Source: Antedon mediterranea (taxonomy: Eukaryota; Animalia; Echinodermata). From it: a stretch of 64,000 nt of DNA. The DNA lies in NCBI RefSeq assembly GCF_964355755.1, contig NC_092675.1, positions 15,968,912-16,032,911 of the forward strand. Reading direction: 5' to 3'. Both the position numbers and the translations under genes were made by a program. The notes below the pieces were generated by a model. That model was not told the origin of the DNA. It did no database searches and saw only the letters and a list, made by a program, of their open reading frames with translations. This document shows positions 27,346-40,086 of the stretch, piece by piece (the stretch's first letter is position 1; each line of letters begins with the position of its first letter).

Positions 27346-28079
27346 TAACTATAAACCATTCAGATTTGTGCAAAATATTTGCCAGTTTAGCGTAGCATCA
27401 AGAAAGAAAAAAAAAAAACAAGTTATTATTTATTTCTTTTGGATGTAAAACAATGGGAAAAAAAGAAATGGAGTCAACAGTGTGTTGCCTGGCATTTTAT
27501 TTTGTTTATTCTGTTTAATTATGTATTTATTTTCCTCTAAAATCCGGTTCCGGATTGTCCACAGTGACGCAGTAGTAGAAACAGATAATAAGATTGTTGT
27601 TATTTAATGCATGGCATACTTAAGTTAGCATAAGAGGCTCCGTGCATGAAAGCAGACCTTACTTTTTAACTAGGTCATTCGATCCGAGGTCGATTATCAA
27701 AAATCTGGCTTGAATGTTGCCACTTGATTTACAAAATTAGTTAGGTCGTTTATCTTTAGGCCGGGCACCCCCCAAAGAACAGTATTATCATAGTGATAAC
27801 TGATTCGGAAGTCAGGCAAAGGTCGATGTGAACCAAGTATGGAGTCCGAGTCGGACGAATTACCCAAGCCGTGATGGAAAGCGAGGCTTTCGCTCAAACC
27901 GGAAACGAATGAGTTGTGCCTAGGGCTAGGGCATAACCAGACAACATAATTACAGTAAAGTACGAAAAATCGAACAGAATGGGGGTAAGATAAGGTGTTA
28001 GATAAATTCCAGTCAAAGATATTGTGTGAGTTCACACAGCCTATAAGTGTATGAGGATAAAATGAACTGGTAAATGTAA

Positions 28080-28202
28080 AAGTGAAAATTATTTTACTTA
28101 GCCAAAAACTGGCGTGGTAATCTGTTGACAGCGTGAGGTGAAGAGGATGAGATGCTCACGCTGTCAAAAGATGATTGCGAGGGCGCCCCGCAATCACGTG
28201 AT
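28080..28202 (-). repeat. 5' terminal repeat A1 of the Ngaro element
   Basis: Identical to 21335-21457. Contains inverted repeats TTGACAGCGTGAG/CTCACGCTGTCAA and TGATTGCG/CGCAATCA. Confidence 0.95.
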
Positions 28203-30517
28203 ATTATATAATATACATACATTTTTGTAAAAATATAAAACAATAAAATTCAATTGAATAGTTAAAAAGGCACTATATCTATACATGTACATACAATCGA
28301 TGGAATAAAAGTATGCTTTAAAAACGTACATTTTATGTTTATTGCAAGTTATAGTAAAAGTACAACTATTTTCATTTAAATTTACTTTATATTAAGAAAT
28401 GTATTAAAAGTAGCTGTTTCTTTTATTATATTTTAAATAAGTACTCACAATTTGTATGTTTACTTTTTCCTTTTGACCTTATATTACATCCATTACAAAT
28501 ATATACACACATTAATAGACCTATTTACATTCACGAATCAGTTTAACATAGCTATTATAACATAACACATTATATGCTACTTTTTATGTTTTGGCCTTGT
28601 ACTGTATAACATTTGTTTCATTCCACTATTTCTAAACCTTAAAATTCTGTTCTTACTATGTTGGTCATTTACATTTGTTTGTTTACCTTTTTGTTGGACC
28701 GTGTGTTTCAGTCTATTACCCTAATACATTTATTTCTATCATATATTAGTTTTAGTATAGGCCATGGAGTTTGTTAGTTTTATAATGTATAGCAATGTCA
28801 AACATTATTGATGTTTAATAAACAAAATGTAAAATATGTTATTGGAATGTAGGGTAGATTTTCTAGGAACGACCTCCACTTATTATTATTTAAGGAACCG
28901 GTTTGTGTGCATGTTTTGAAGCTGGTCCGGGGTGCTTTCGACACTGAGCACTCATTTAAAACCTATCTCTCTTACAAACGGACAAACAAAGTTACATTAT
29001 AAAATAACACATGTTTGCATTCAAAATTCTTTACATTGTGGAGAATAAAAAAAATGAATACTGACGAAAAGAGAAGAAAAAAAAAAGAAATCGTATAATA
29101 TATGAAAACGGCCTAATTGTTGATTAAAGCTATTTTGTAGGCCTATATTGAAAATACTAAAAAATAATTATCTTAACTGAGATTGAAATAAAAATTCACA
29201 ATTTATTCATTCATTATGTATAATCGGCACCGCCAATGATCTTGTTATAACAAATTGTAATGGTAATTTAACTGTTTCTTGGGATACTCGAGCGGGAAAA
29301 TGTGATAGGAACATTGTATTAAAACAGGTGGATATGCAAATTTCAGCCTTTTCATCTGTAAATGTATGATTGCAATTTCAAGTACATCTGTATAATAATT
29401 TTTTTAAATAGTTCTCTTTCTCACATCATCCGAATACTTCTTCAATTGTTTAGTGTTCATTCTGTAAATAACAATGAAAAAAGCTTACCGTATATTCAGT
29501 AAATTACAGAGTATTTTTTGTTTGTTTGTTAGAGTTTGAGTGTCATGGTTTCTAACATTTTTTAAGTAACAAAGAACAAACAAAATTAAATTCAAAGAGG
29601 CATGCTCACAATGTCGATGACACATGATCATCAAGTAGTACAGAAAGAAACAATACATTGAAAACTAAGTGAACACAGATTCACATCATGTTCAACTTCT
29701 TATGTGACCTACATGTAACATACACGAATTGACGTTGCTTGAACAAATGATAATTACAATTAAAACATGTTAAATTAATCAAGATGTCGGGTTGTATCAT
29801 CAATGTACGTATCTGTGTGATACGCACTGATACGCGTTCTAGAAATGAGTGTATTCCCCTAGTTTAGGCCTATAGTCTGAACGTTTCCATATTCAATGTC
29901 AAACAGCTCCCCGGTGCGTATCGAATAATTTCATGATGATAAACAATGTGTTTTACCGAATGAATGATTTTATTTTAACGGAAAAAATGAAGAAAAAACA
30001 ATTAAAGGGTGAATGACCAATAATGAAATTACGAAAATTGGTGTATTAAATTATGAGTGACATAATGTTGATTATTTACCGCAGGTGAAGAATCAGACAA
30101 ACAATATACTATAATATTGGTAATAAATTGATAAAAACGTGTGTGATCAATAAGGCCTAAAAACAGAAATACAAACTTTATTCCTTATGTTTTTTTTTAA
30201 ATAATATAATTCGATTAGGAAAATATTTCTAAAAATGATACATGTTGTTTAAACAAAGGTGTATTTGTAAAAACCATGTTTTTTTAACTATATTTTTCCA
30301 GCCTTTCCCAGTGATTGTTTTTAAAATTAGACCATTTCCAGTTTAAATCAGGCCATACGAAGAAACCGTTGAATTAGACAATTTGCCCGCGTTTTAGTTG
30401 AAAAAGATGTCAAAGTTACAAAATATTGTCAAAATCATGCCTATGTAAAATCTATTATAGCTCATGGGGATCAACATTGACCTTCAATTGTTTTAACTTA
30501 TTACGGAAGCAGATAAG

Positions 30518-32130
30518 TTGTAGATATGAATTCATGCAAAATACTTACCTCTCGAATATTTTGACGTCATCATATGGTCAGCCGAATATAAAATATATGA
30601 TTTTTGTCTCTTTCGTCATAACTCACCTTATTCGTATTTCATTTTCCCCCAGATTTTAATATTGTCTAGGTCAATCAATTATCTTTCGCATGAGCAGTCA
30701 AAAAATTGAATAACGTGGGTCACTTATTTTCATCTTTACAGTAAATTTCAATCTGTTATAGTTCTTCAGAATGAAAAGTGATACTCATAATCAAAACGTT
30801 TTCTGGAATTGTAGATATGAATTCATCTAAAAATTGTTCCTATCGGATGTTGTGACGTCATCATATGGCCAGTTGAATTAAAAATGTCGAATTTTTATTG
30901 TTTGCGCCATAGTTCATCACATTTGAAAAAGCGCATCTATATTCTAAGTATTCGAATCTCTTCAAAAATATGTTGTTGCTCAGATAATTTTCTTCCGAAA
31001 TTGCTATCATGTTAGAAATTGGAATAAATGGCGGGTCCCGTAATTTCACTCATGCTATACAGTATAGTGTATACTGTATATATTTAGACACAAACAGATA
31101 GCACACTAACAATATTTTATTTTCTTCAGATCATGATGGCATAATCATTTTCTGTGCGCAATCTTTTAATGTATGTCGTGCACGTAGTGTTTGTTGTGCG
31201 GATACCTAACTCATCAAAGTGACGAGTTCAAATATAGTATTATTAGTTTTCCACAATATGCGGATAACTTCTTGTAATCGTACTGTTCTTTCTCCCCCAT
31301 ATGACCTTTTGAATAAAAAAAATTTCATCTTTTGCGTCATAGTTCTTCATACTTAAAAGAGCGCGCATCTACATTATACGTATTCGAATACGTATCACTT
31401 CACTTTTGTCTTGTATGTCCGGCTTATAAGGCAGAAAGGGAACCCTTACTGAGTCCTTATTATTGGCGTAATCACTCACTTATCCAAAATGTTATCTATG
31501 TTACTAACAGATGTAAATGCTTATGTTAATCTGTCAAAGTATATATTTGTAGGTCTATCCTTAAAAAGGAGAGAGTAAACCTTACTGTAATATATTCTGA
31601 ATCTATGGACCCGTGGCCTACAGTTAAAATAAACGCAGGCATCATTGCCTGGAATGAATGAAATCTATTCAACATGTTAACATGTTGTTGCTCAGACCAT
31701 TTTCTTCCCAAATTGCTATCTTCGTGCTTCCTTTTGATGACGTCATCATGTTGGAATAAAAGGCGGGTCCCGTAATTTCTATATAATGTATATACTAAGA
31801 CACAAAACAGCTAGCACACTAACAATATTTTTTTCTTCAGGTCATAATGGCATAATCTTTTTCTGTGCGCAATATTCTAACGTATGACGTGCACGCGGTG
31901 TTTGTCGTGCGGATAACTAACTCGTCAAAGTGAAGAGTTCCAATCTAGTGTTTTTTTACTATTTAATGATAATTGGAGATAACTTTCAAATGTATAAGCT
32001 AATTTGAATTATTGTAAGTCAACATTTTTAGTAAAATATTAATTTGATATATTTAAAAATTGGAGGTAAGCTTCAAATTTATAAGCTTAATTGAATTATT
32101 GTAAGTCAACAATTTTCTCAAAATATTACA
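30518..32130. repeat. Cluster of diverged direct duplications, probably a decayed transposon end
   Basis: 30518-30597 resembles 30809-30888; 30908-31240 resembles 31338-31950 (with an insertion); 31973-32040 resembles 32060-32127. TGACGTCA-rich. Confidence 0.7.
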
Positions 32131-33959
32131 ATTTAGTTCAATAATTGGCCTATATCAACCTTACATTGTGTGGAGAAGATGAGTTTTCTAAACGGTTTAT
32201 GTGTCGGTATTTTTACTTTGAAGTGTGTTATTTGCTGTGTAGATGGTATTTTCGTAATCTCTCTCACGGAATTTTGAAACATACACCAGGTAGTAATCCA
32301 ATTGATTCACTAGACCTGATTACTATAGAACAATATGCTTCTCAAGTGCTTGCATATTGTGTAGTTAACACTTTCGAAATATTATTAAAATGTTCAGTAT
32401 GACTTACATTATCAAACATTGTTAATTTCATGTCAACTAATCGACCACGAAATTAAGTTCTCTAAAGTAAATCCAAACGTGACAAACTGAATAGTAGAGA
32501 AAAGTAATCGGTTGGCAAACGTGTTTTGAGTAGGCCTAGCACTCTATTCAGGTAAGAAAAGGAACGCTGGAAAGCCGTCGGGATTGTAGGGATCTGACGC
32601 ATTAAGAACGGCTCAAAATCTCGTCAATAAATACTTTTCATCGGCCTACGAATCAGTTTATGATGCAACTTGGGTAACGTGTAAGCACGCTTGATCAGTT
32701 TGAAAAGTTTCAATATTTTAAGTTACTGGTAGATGGCTAATGTTTGGGATAGTTCGAATGTACTACAAATTAGCTAATAACTTAGTAAGGATTGCTAAGG
32801 GCTCTGAAGAGAGTGTCCAAACGTGTCTCGATATGATTACTTGACTTGATGTCGGTGAATGAATTATTTATGAAATTCATCAAAATACGGTATACTTAAA
32901 TCGACAAGATCTGAAACTTTTATTGTGCTGAATAGGGTGGTGTGAAACATAGGTTATTGTACATTTAATCCTGCAGTGTATTACATTGTATATTTATTTA
33001 TTATCCTATAAAAATCGATAATCTCCACATGGTCCCTGCTGTAATGTATCGTTTGTACAGTAAACTATGACAGTTTTACAGTTGAATTCAGTTTACATTC
33101 CTCTTGTGTTAAAGTCCCATGATCTTTAACTAATAGCTAATATTAACATTTATCATACTTTTATAACGATGTGATCAAGTAAATTCTATTATTATTGATT
33201 TTCCTCTTCATACTCTCCCAACCAACAACTCACAGCCAACTGAGATTCAATGATACGCCTTCTTAAGCGTGAATACACAAATCGGGGTCATGAAAGGACT
33301 ATTATATAAATATAAAGTTAGACATTTTAAATTACAATAAGTCTTTAGAATTCGTTGATTCTGTGTATATTCATTTCTTAAAATGTGTTAAGGTATTAGT
33401 TCTTAGTTGATTATGTTGTATAGGCCTAATAATTAATGACAGCGTTCTATATACTTCGACCATGCCTAAATGCTCTCTCTCGAACTTGTTTTCCTCTGAG
33501 TTGATGTTTTCGAGGCGTAGTTGATTCTTTTGTCGTTTGCAACTGTGCGTATTTCGCTCGATTAAATTTAATAGAGTGTTTAACCTGCTCATTCTAACGT
33601 CACTAATAAACTTGAATAAAAAAAACGTTTACGGAATTAAACACATGATCCTAAAGTTACTATCTTAGTCGTTAATCTGCTACTCTTTTATAATTGAATA
33701 TTTTTTTAAAGCACAAGTTATGAGTAATACAAACAATAAACATAATTTTAACACGTCTAGGCCTATAAATGTGGGAAATTATTTTATATTATCTCTGCCA
33801 TGTAGTGAAAAAAACTGCCATCATTGTCGATTATTTAATTTTAAAAGACAACAAAGAAATGAATAAAAGATTTATATAGAATTGAATTAATGTTTAAGGA
33901 TAATTCTTCACGACAGTATTGTTTGAATGTCATCCGGGTAATCATCTATTTTACAAATA

Positions 33960-34190
33960 CAGTAGTAACCCTCTTATGGACACCAATATGTAGGGGACAT
34001 CCTCCTTTCTATAAGGAGCAATATATTTTAACACTAGACCATAAAATATTAAAGGCAAATTTACACAGATGAGCGGTAACGTAGAATGTGTATCTTTTCT
34101 CAGCGGAAACCGCCTGGTCACAAGGAATAACATGTTTCTATATTATTATTATTACCGTTAAGGGAAAATTCTATCAAAGGGACACTTCGA
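33960..34190 (+). mobile_element. Fragment of a TA-targeting CAGT-ended MITE
   Basis: TA+CAGTAGTAACCCTC start with reiterated GGACAC/GGGACA motifs; related motifs at ~53070-53175 and ~54390-54460. Confidence 0.35.
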
Positions 34191-35074
34191 GTAATACTAT
34201 AAATTGTTTGTTATATTATAAAGAAGGACATAAGATGTTTAGGCCCGGAAAGTTAAATTTCTAATTAGTTAAATATCCTAATTTATTCCAGCAAGGTATC
34301 GAAACTGTGTCGATGTTATAATCTTCCAATCATCTCGTAGCCGATCTAAGATTGATTTTTTCATCAACTTAATTTCACGACTTTTTGATTTGTCATTTTC
34401 ACGCTTGGATGTTGTTGATGATAATTAAGCGAAAGGGTTCGACGAAGCAGTTGATCGAAATTCATTCCAGTACAAACTTTCTTCATAATATCGCCGGCCA
34501 ACTGTATAACCAATGCTTAAGTTGTTATTTGTACAGCTACAAAATGCCAACTTAGTTGCAGTTAAGTGCCCTAAACTAACTCACTTTTCAACAAAATGGT
34601 GTCTTGTAAAAACACATATCACGTATCGTCGACGTAAGAATTAATTGCCGTTCTGAATGGCATTCATTGGGATACAATTAGCAAGAGTTACCGCTCCGTT
34701 TAACGCATTGTGTTTTGATGCGGTTTTTGTAGATACATGTTTTTAGAAAGCGTCCTCTCTGTTCTTCAAGAAAACAACTTTTAAGTAAATAACGGAAAGA
34801 ATATTTCATAATTGAATTATGAACAGCACAATTTCAACATTAATAAACAGATAATTTAATCTTATTTCCCGAATAATGGTGTGTCATTATCAATGATATT
34901 GGTGTAATATAATATTTGTTTTGTAGCATGACATTTAACAGATTTTTAGAAATATTACAGTTAATGCCACTAAATTGATTAGGCCTATATACAATAATAT
35001 ATTTATTAATTATTCTTTCTTTCATTCAATTATGAGGACAGACAAAAACACATAAAATCAAAGTAAAACAAGAA

Positions 35075-36571
35075 ACTCTTTTTGAACGTTTTATTTACCA
35101 TACAAGATGATACACTTTAATTTATGTTGAAACACCAACGATATTATAAACATACTTCATTCCGTTTTCCTGTAATATTTCAGTATATGCATTTAGGACG
35201 TCAGCTCTTTGTAAATACATAACCAATATTCAATAAATGGAGAATATAACCTAATTACATAACCTAACCCATGACATTGTAAGGACAGTTTTAGGAGTTT
35301 ATTTTTTTTTTCCGTAAAAAAAACAGGGGAAATATCTTAATATGAAATTATTTCTAAAAATAATTTTATAGAATTGTTGTTCTGAGCTGCCATTATGTTT
35401 TCCTAACTTTATGGAAACATAACACCTGCGGATCGTAAATTTATTTAAAGCATTTCCATGCTATTCAAAGTACAATTTACCAATATTTTATTATTTATTA
35501 GTCATCTAATTTAGAACATTACATTAAACTTGCCACTTAAATTATCAGTAATTAATTATAACATTAAAAAAACACATACGTGCTTTTAGAACATAAAAAT
35601 AATAAATAGTAGATAGCACACCTTCAATTACGTTAATATTGAAGAAACACATAAAATAATAATTGTCAGTTTTATTTTATGACCGAACTAATTATAGAGT
35701 CCTACAGTGTCAAAAATGCCCTTTAATTCTTTTGATTTCGTTAAAATCAAGCCTTTAAGATAATTGTTCAAGAAATATTTAATATCTTATAAATCTAGTA
35801 TTCTACTACTTCTCTGAACGTCAGAACACATATACACATCACAGCAAGGATTCCGGTTGAAGTTAAAACAGAAATAAAAATACTATTATGTTACATCTTG
35901 GAAAAAGGCGAATAATAATAATTTACAACCTCTAAATTTACACAATTTTCTACAATATACAATAATTAAACATTTACTCTTATTATTACTATTCTTTTTA
36001 CATTTTTCAATTCATTATCTTGGAAAAAAGAATTAATGAACATGTTTGTTATGAATAATTCCAAATCTGTGTATAACCTATTTACTTTGTAACGGCGTCT
36101 AATTATCAAAACAAAAACGTTTTAAATAACCACCCCTATACAGGATAAACATCAAATAGTTTATCACTATTTTGGTTTACATTATTTGATTGTATAATGT
36201 TTTATGTCTGTACCAAAAGATTCCACGCCTTTCATTAAACAGTGTATGTTGTTTACACTCAAATCAAGACATTTAATGCTGATTCTATAGGCAATCGCAT
36301 CAAATAAATGTTCAGTTCGACTGGGTTAGATGCCTACAATTTGAACAACAATCTACGCAAGAGACGAACTTTTGTTAGGATCTTGTGATAACCAATTTTC
36401 TTCAGTATTTCAATCATAATCACTAGATAAAATATATTCATGTATTGTTTTTATTATACTGTATAAGTACAAGGTGTTATAAATGTTTTATTTCGTACAT
36501 CTCTTCTATTTCCAGTGGCTTCTGAGTGCACATTACAATTGGCCTTCATCTTCTGTCCGAACAGATTGTCT
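35075..36571 (-). other. dmrta2: Probable terminal exon / 3' UTR of the Dmrt gene
   Basis: Strong acceptor tattttgttatttcag| ending at 36572, AT-rich UTR-like sequence and a poly(A) signal at 35090-35095. Confidence 0.45.
35090..35095 (-). terminator. Candidate polyadenylation signal of the Dmrt transcript
   Basis: Minus-strand AATAAA followed by a U/GU-rich tract (reverse complement of 35041-35078), about 1.5 kb after the coding end. Confidence 0.45.
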
Positions 36572-36949
36572 CTGAAATAACAAAATAGATACTTTATAAG
36601 TAACAGTATAATCCATTAAATCATTAAACCAAACAATTATCTCAATTGCTTTAAACTGAAACTCTTTAAGTAATAGTGATATAAATAACATTTTAATAAT
36701 TAGTGATGTTTTTCCAGAACCAGAATAATTAATGGACATTGTCATGTTTCTTTCATTCATTAAAAGTAAGTACAACATATGACCATTGTGTACAAATACA
36801 CCAATTAACTATTTGATAACAAATTGTCACAATTAGCGTCACCTTATTCTCTTTGACGAAATTGTTATTAACATTTGGAAGATGACGAGCAAGTGTTGAA
36901 CAGTGTTGAGGATCGAAGATGTGATAATAATACAAATTATTAAACTTAC

Positions 36950-37765
36950 ATGTAGTTCCAAATGTTCCATTTTGACGGCCATCTTTTCTTCCACTCATAT
37001 CACGCATCAATCCACTAAAACTATACTCTGCCGCTGTCGGTGGCCTCATTCCAAATGCTGGGAACATCGTAGGAGGGTAAGGATTAACTAGAGCTAACCC
37101 CCTACCATACGGTGCGTATGCAAACTGCATATGTGGGAAGGGACCGCTTGATGACGCCATTGCCGCTCTATCCGTTGCACTCAGAGGAGAAAACGCAGAT
37201 TTAATTCCAGATGAAGCCAAAGGCGCTGTTGGCAAATAGGGACGATGCGTTACGTATGATGTACTGGAACTTGTTGTAGGAAAGGGAAACGTGGTTGTAG
37301 ATGAATGCGTTGCGACCTGTGCACCGGGATGGTTAGAAAGAATTTGTTCGATAGATTGGACCAAATCACCATCACAACCTTGAAGAATTAACTCCAGTAC
37401 ACTTTTCTTTTGAGAGGGGAATAATTGAATTAAAGTGTCTATTGGCTGTTTGCCACTATGTTTAGCAGCTAAAGATAATGGTGACTCTGGTGTACTGCTC
37501 TTCTCTCTTTCACGTCGACTTTCTTTAACAGTTTGTTCATCACTAACGTTTAATTTAGGGGAATGTTTATGAGAGGGCGATCGAAGTGGAGAGGCATTGC
37601 TGCATTCTCTACTTGATGGTGAATGCAGTCCTGGGCTAACTGTTCGTATATCTACCATGCTTGAGACTGAACTTGGCGGGCTGCTTGCTCCGTTCATCAT
37701 TGCTACAGCTGAAGGTGATATTTGTGAATTAGCATGAATAATTTCTAACTTTGCTCGTTTTCCGT
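36950..37765 (-). CDS. dmrta2: DmrtA-class (DMRTA2/Dmrt4-5-like) transcription factor, coding exon 2 (DMA domain)
   Basis: Acceptor tttcag|AC completes a phase-1 codon (GAC). DMA domain PIDTLIQLFPSQKKSVLELILQGCDGDLVQSIEQIL and IKSAFSPL motif. Donor T|GTAAGT at 36949. Confidence 0.92.
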
Positions 37766-39000
37766 CTGAAAGATATAAATAATAAATACGTTTAGTACAA
37801 ATAAGCCGAAACAATTATATGCCTGTACAGTAGCTTATTCCAAAAACGACTAAATAAAAATAAATTTAACAATAACATTTAAAAAACATTCAAATAAAAA
37901 CATTGTATTGTTCTAGTAATTAAAAAAAAAATTGTTTAGTCTATACTATTGTGTCTGTGAAACTTCTAACTTGGCCATGACGTCATCATAACAGTAAATT
38001 GGGAAGTTGCAGACTATAGTGAAATGGGCGTATCGAAATAGTAGGAGCATTCATTGATGAAATTAGATAAACTCACTTGCCATAAAGTATTCAATAAATC
38101 CACATCACACGATGACGCTACAGTCACGTTTACTGCAGCAGACTATCATGGTAAATTCGATATTAGACGGGAATCAAGGAGGTGTGCTACTGTACACACA
38201 ATCATAATGCCATTTTGTTACAGAAACTTCGACCATCATTGATTGCTACCACATACGGCGCATCTTTATCTATTCCTAATAACCATCAACGGATGAATAG
38301 ACAACATTAATATCTCAATTAAATATTAATAGATGCCCCGGTAATGACTAAAGAGGTGTTGGCGCTCATGTGTATTCTTGCGAACCGGATCGATTAAGAC
38401 AACAAATAAGTATCAAATTAATTGTATTCTAAATCGGCGATTATTGTATATCACTTCGAAAGCTAAACATACAATTAGTTTCATTTTAGATAACAGCAAT
38501 TACGACGTTTTCTAAATCAATGGAGATTAAATACAGTTTTCAATAAAATGTATATGTTTGTTGTTAAAATGGTACAAATCAGGCGCATACTTATATGGGA
38601 CTTCATAATTTGATTATTGAAACATCACAAATACCACAAATGTATAGGCCTATTAAAAAAAAAACTGTTACAATAATTTATTTATAACTTATGCTAATGT
38701 TTATGTTATGACTATCAGAATTATGTGGGTTGATTAGTGTATTCAAAACTACAAAGATATAACATTATTAATAATTTCCGGTGTGGTTTTACCAAGAGGA
38801 GTGTATACATTGCGGTAAATTTTGCACATAGGCCCATGATTCATCAATTTATGTATAAGTTAGTTATAAATGTATGTATACAGTAATAATAAAGTCAATA
38901 AAACAAAGGCATTTCCAGCGAATACAACTAGATACTACCAAATATTTGAATGACATATAAAATCTACTCCAAAATAACGAATTAGTACGGTACGGTACAA

Positions 39001-40086
39001 ATAATAATAATACAAAAAATAAATAAGATATAGCCTAATTAATTATTTTGTTACAGTATAAGGTTTTCTCAATAAACCACATAATTTGTTATAGTTTTCC
39101 AGATAAAACTACTATTTAGTTTCAATTCAATTTACTGACACGTGAAACCCGTTAATTCCTGTGTATATAGTTTGATTGTTTGTATTTCAGCACAGAAAGG
39201 TTTCATAACCTCAGAAATTTACAAGAAAGGAAACTGTACTTTATGATTGACTATGTAAAAAGTTTGGCCTAAAACAATCATTGCCGCAAGGGCTTACAAA
39301 GTTTCCAACAGCATAATTGTAACGAAACTTCACAGATTGGCGTTTCCTATACGAAGACTACCTGCGGCAAACTGCAACCAGCGGTATTATTTTATTTATA
39401 CCATGAGTTATAATGGACACACCTGTTTGGAATCTCTTATGGCAACAATGTCACTCAATCAGATCTATTCGTAGTATTATTTGGCTCTATTATTTATATA
39501 GTATTTTTGTCAATAATTTTCAATTACACAGGATAATCGGAAATTAACAATGCCTGTGTCAGCCCCGTGTCAATATCAAAGTGTTAAGGCCTAGTTACAC
39601 ACAGTTCAATCAACGCTAAAATATGTAATATATACCTAAAGTTGGTGTAAGTTTAGAATAAATGTTGACAGTATCAATCACATGGTATTTTGTAATGGAA
39701 GTATTAACATTGAAAGTGTAGCCTACTTTTATTTAGTATATCTTTTCTATTACATTTTGTCAGGTGAATTGTATAGCATTAAGCTTTGTTCAAGTATCGT
39801 ACAGCACACACACAATTCTGTGAATATACTGTATTACAATTGATATGCCTAATAATTTTAAATAATTATTTAGATAATAGCCTTTTAATTATCGATATCT
39901 ATACTGAAGAAAAATTCTAATGACTTCGACTAATAATTTCAATCAATAATAATAATTAATAATAATAATAATAATACAAAATAAATAATTTAATAAGATA
40001 TAGCCTAATTAATTATTTTGTTACAGTATAAGGTTTTCTCAATAAACCACATAATTTGTTACAGTTTTTCAGATAAAACTACTATT
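39001..40086. repeat. ~115-bp near-identical direct repeat in Dmrt intron 1 (39001-39116 and ~39963-40086)
   Basis: aataagatatagcctaattaattattttgttacagtataaggttttctcaataaaccacataatttgtta.agtttt.cagataaaactactattt occurs twice. Confidence 0.85.

Larger units (their letters stand above)
21131..28202 (-). mobile_element. Ngaro-type (DIRS order) tyrosine-recombinase retrotransposon with split direct repeats, coding-decayed
   Basis: Minus-strand order: A1 (28080-28202), gag, RT/RNaseH, YR, B1 (21456-21603), A2 (21335-21457), spacer, B2 (21131-21278). No TSD. No methyltransferase domain between RNaseH and YR, as expected for Ngaro. Confidence 0.92.

Noticed and set aside
17001-32835. Other CTGANGA matches (17002, 20213, 32805) as hammerheads
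   Set aside because: No properly placed stem II followed by GAAA.
36753-37814. 353-aa ORF as a stand-alone gene
   Set aside because: Its ends are intronic read-through; the splice sites define exon 36950-37765 of the Dmrt gene.
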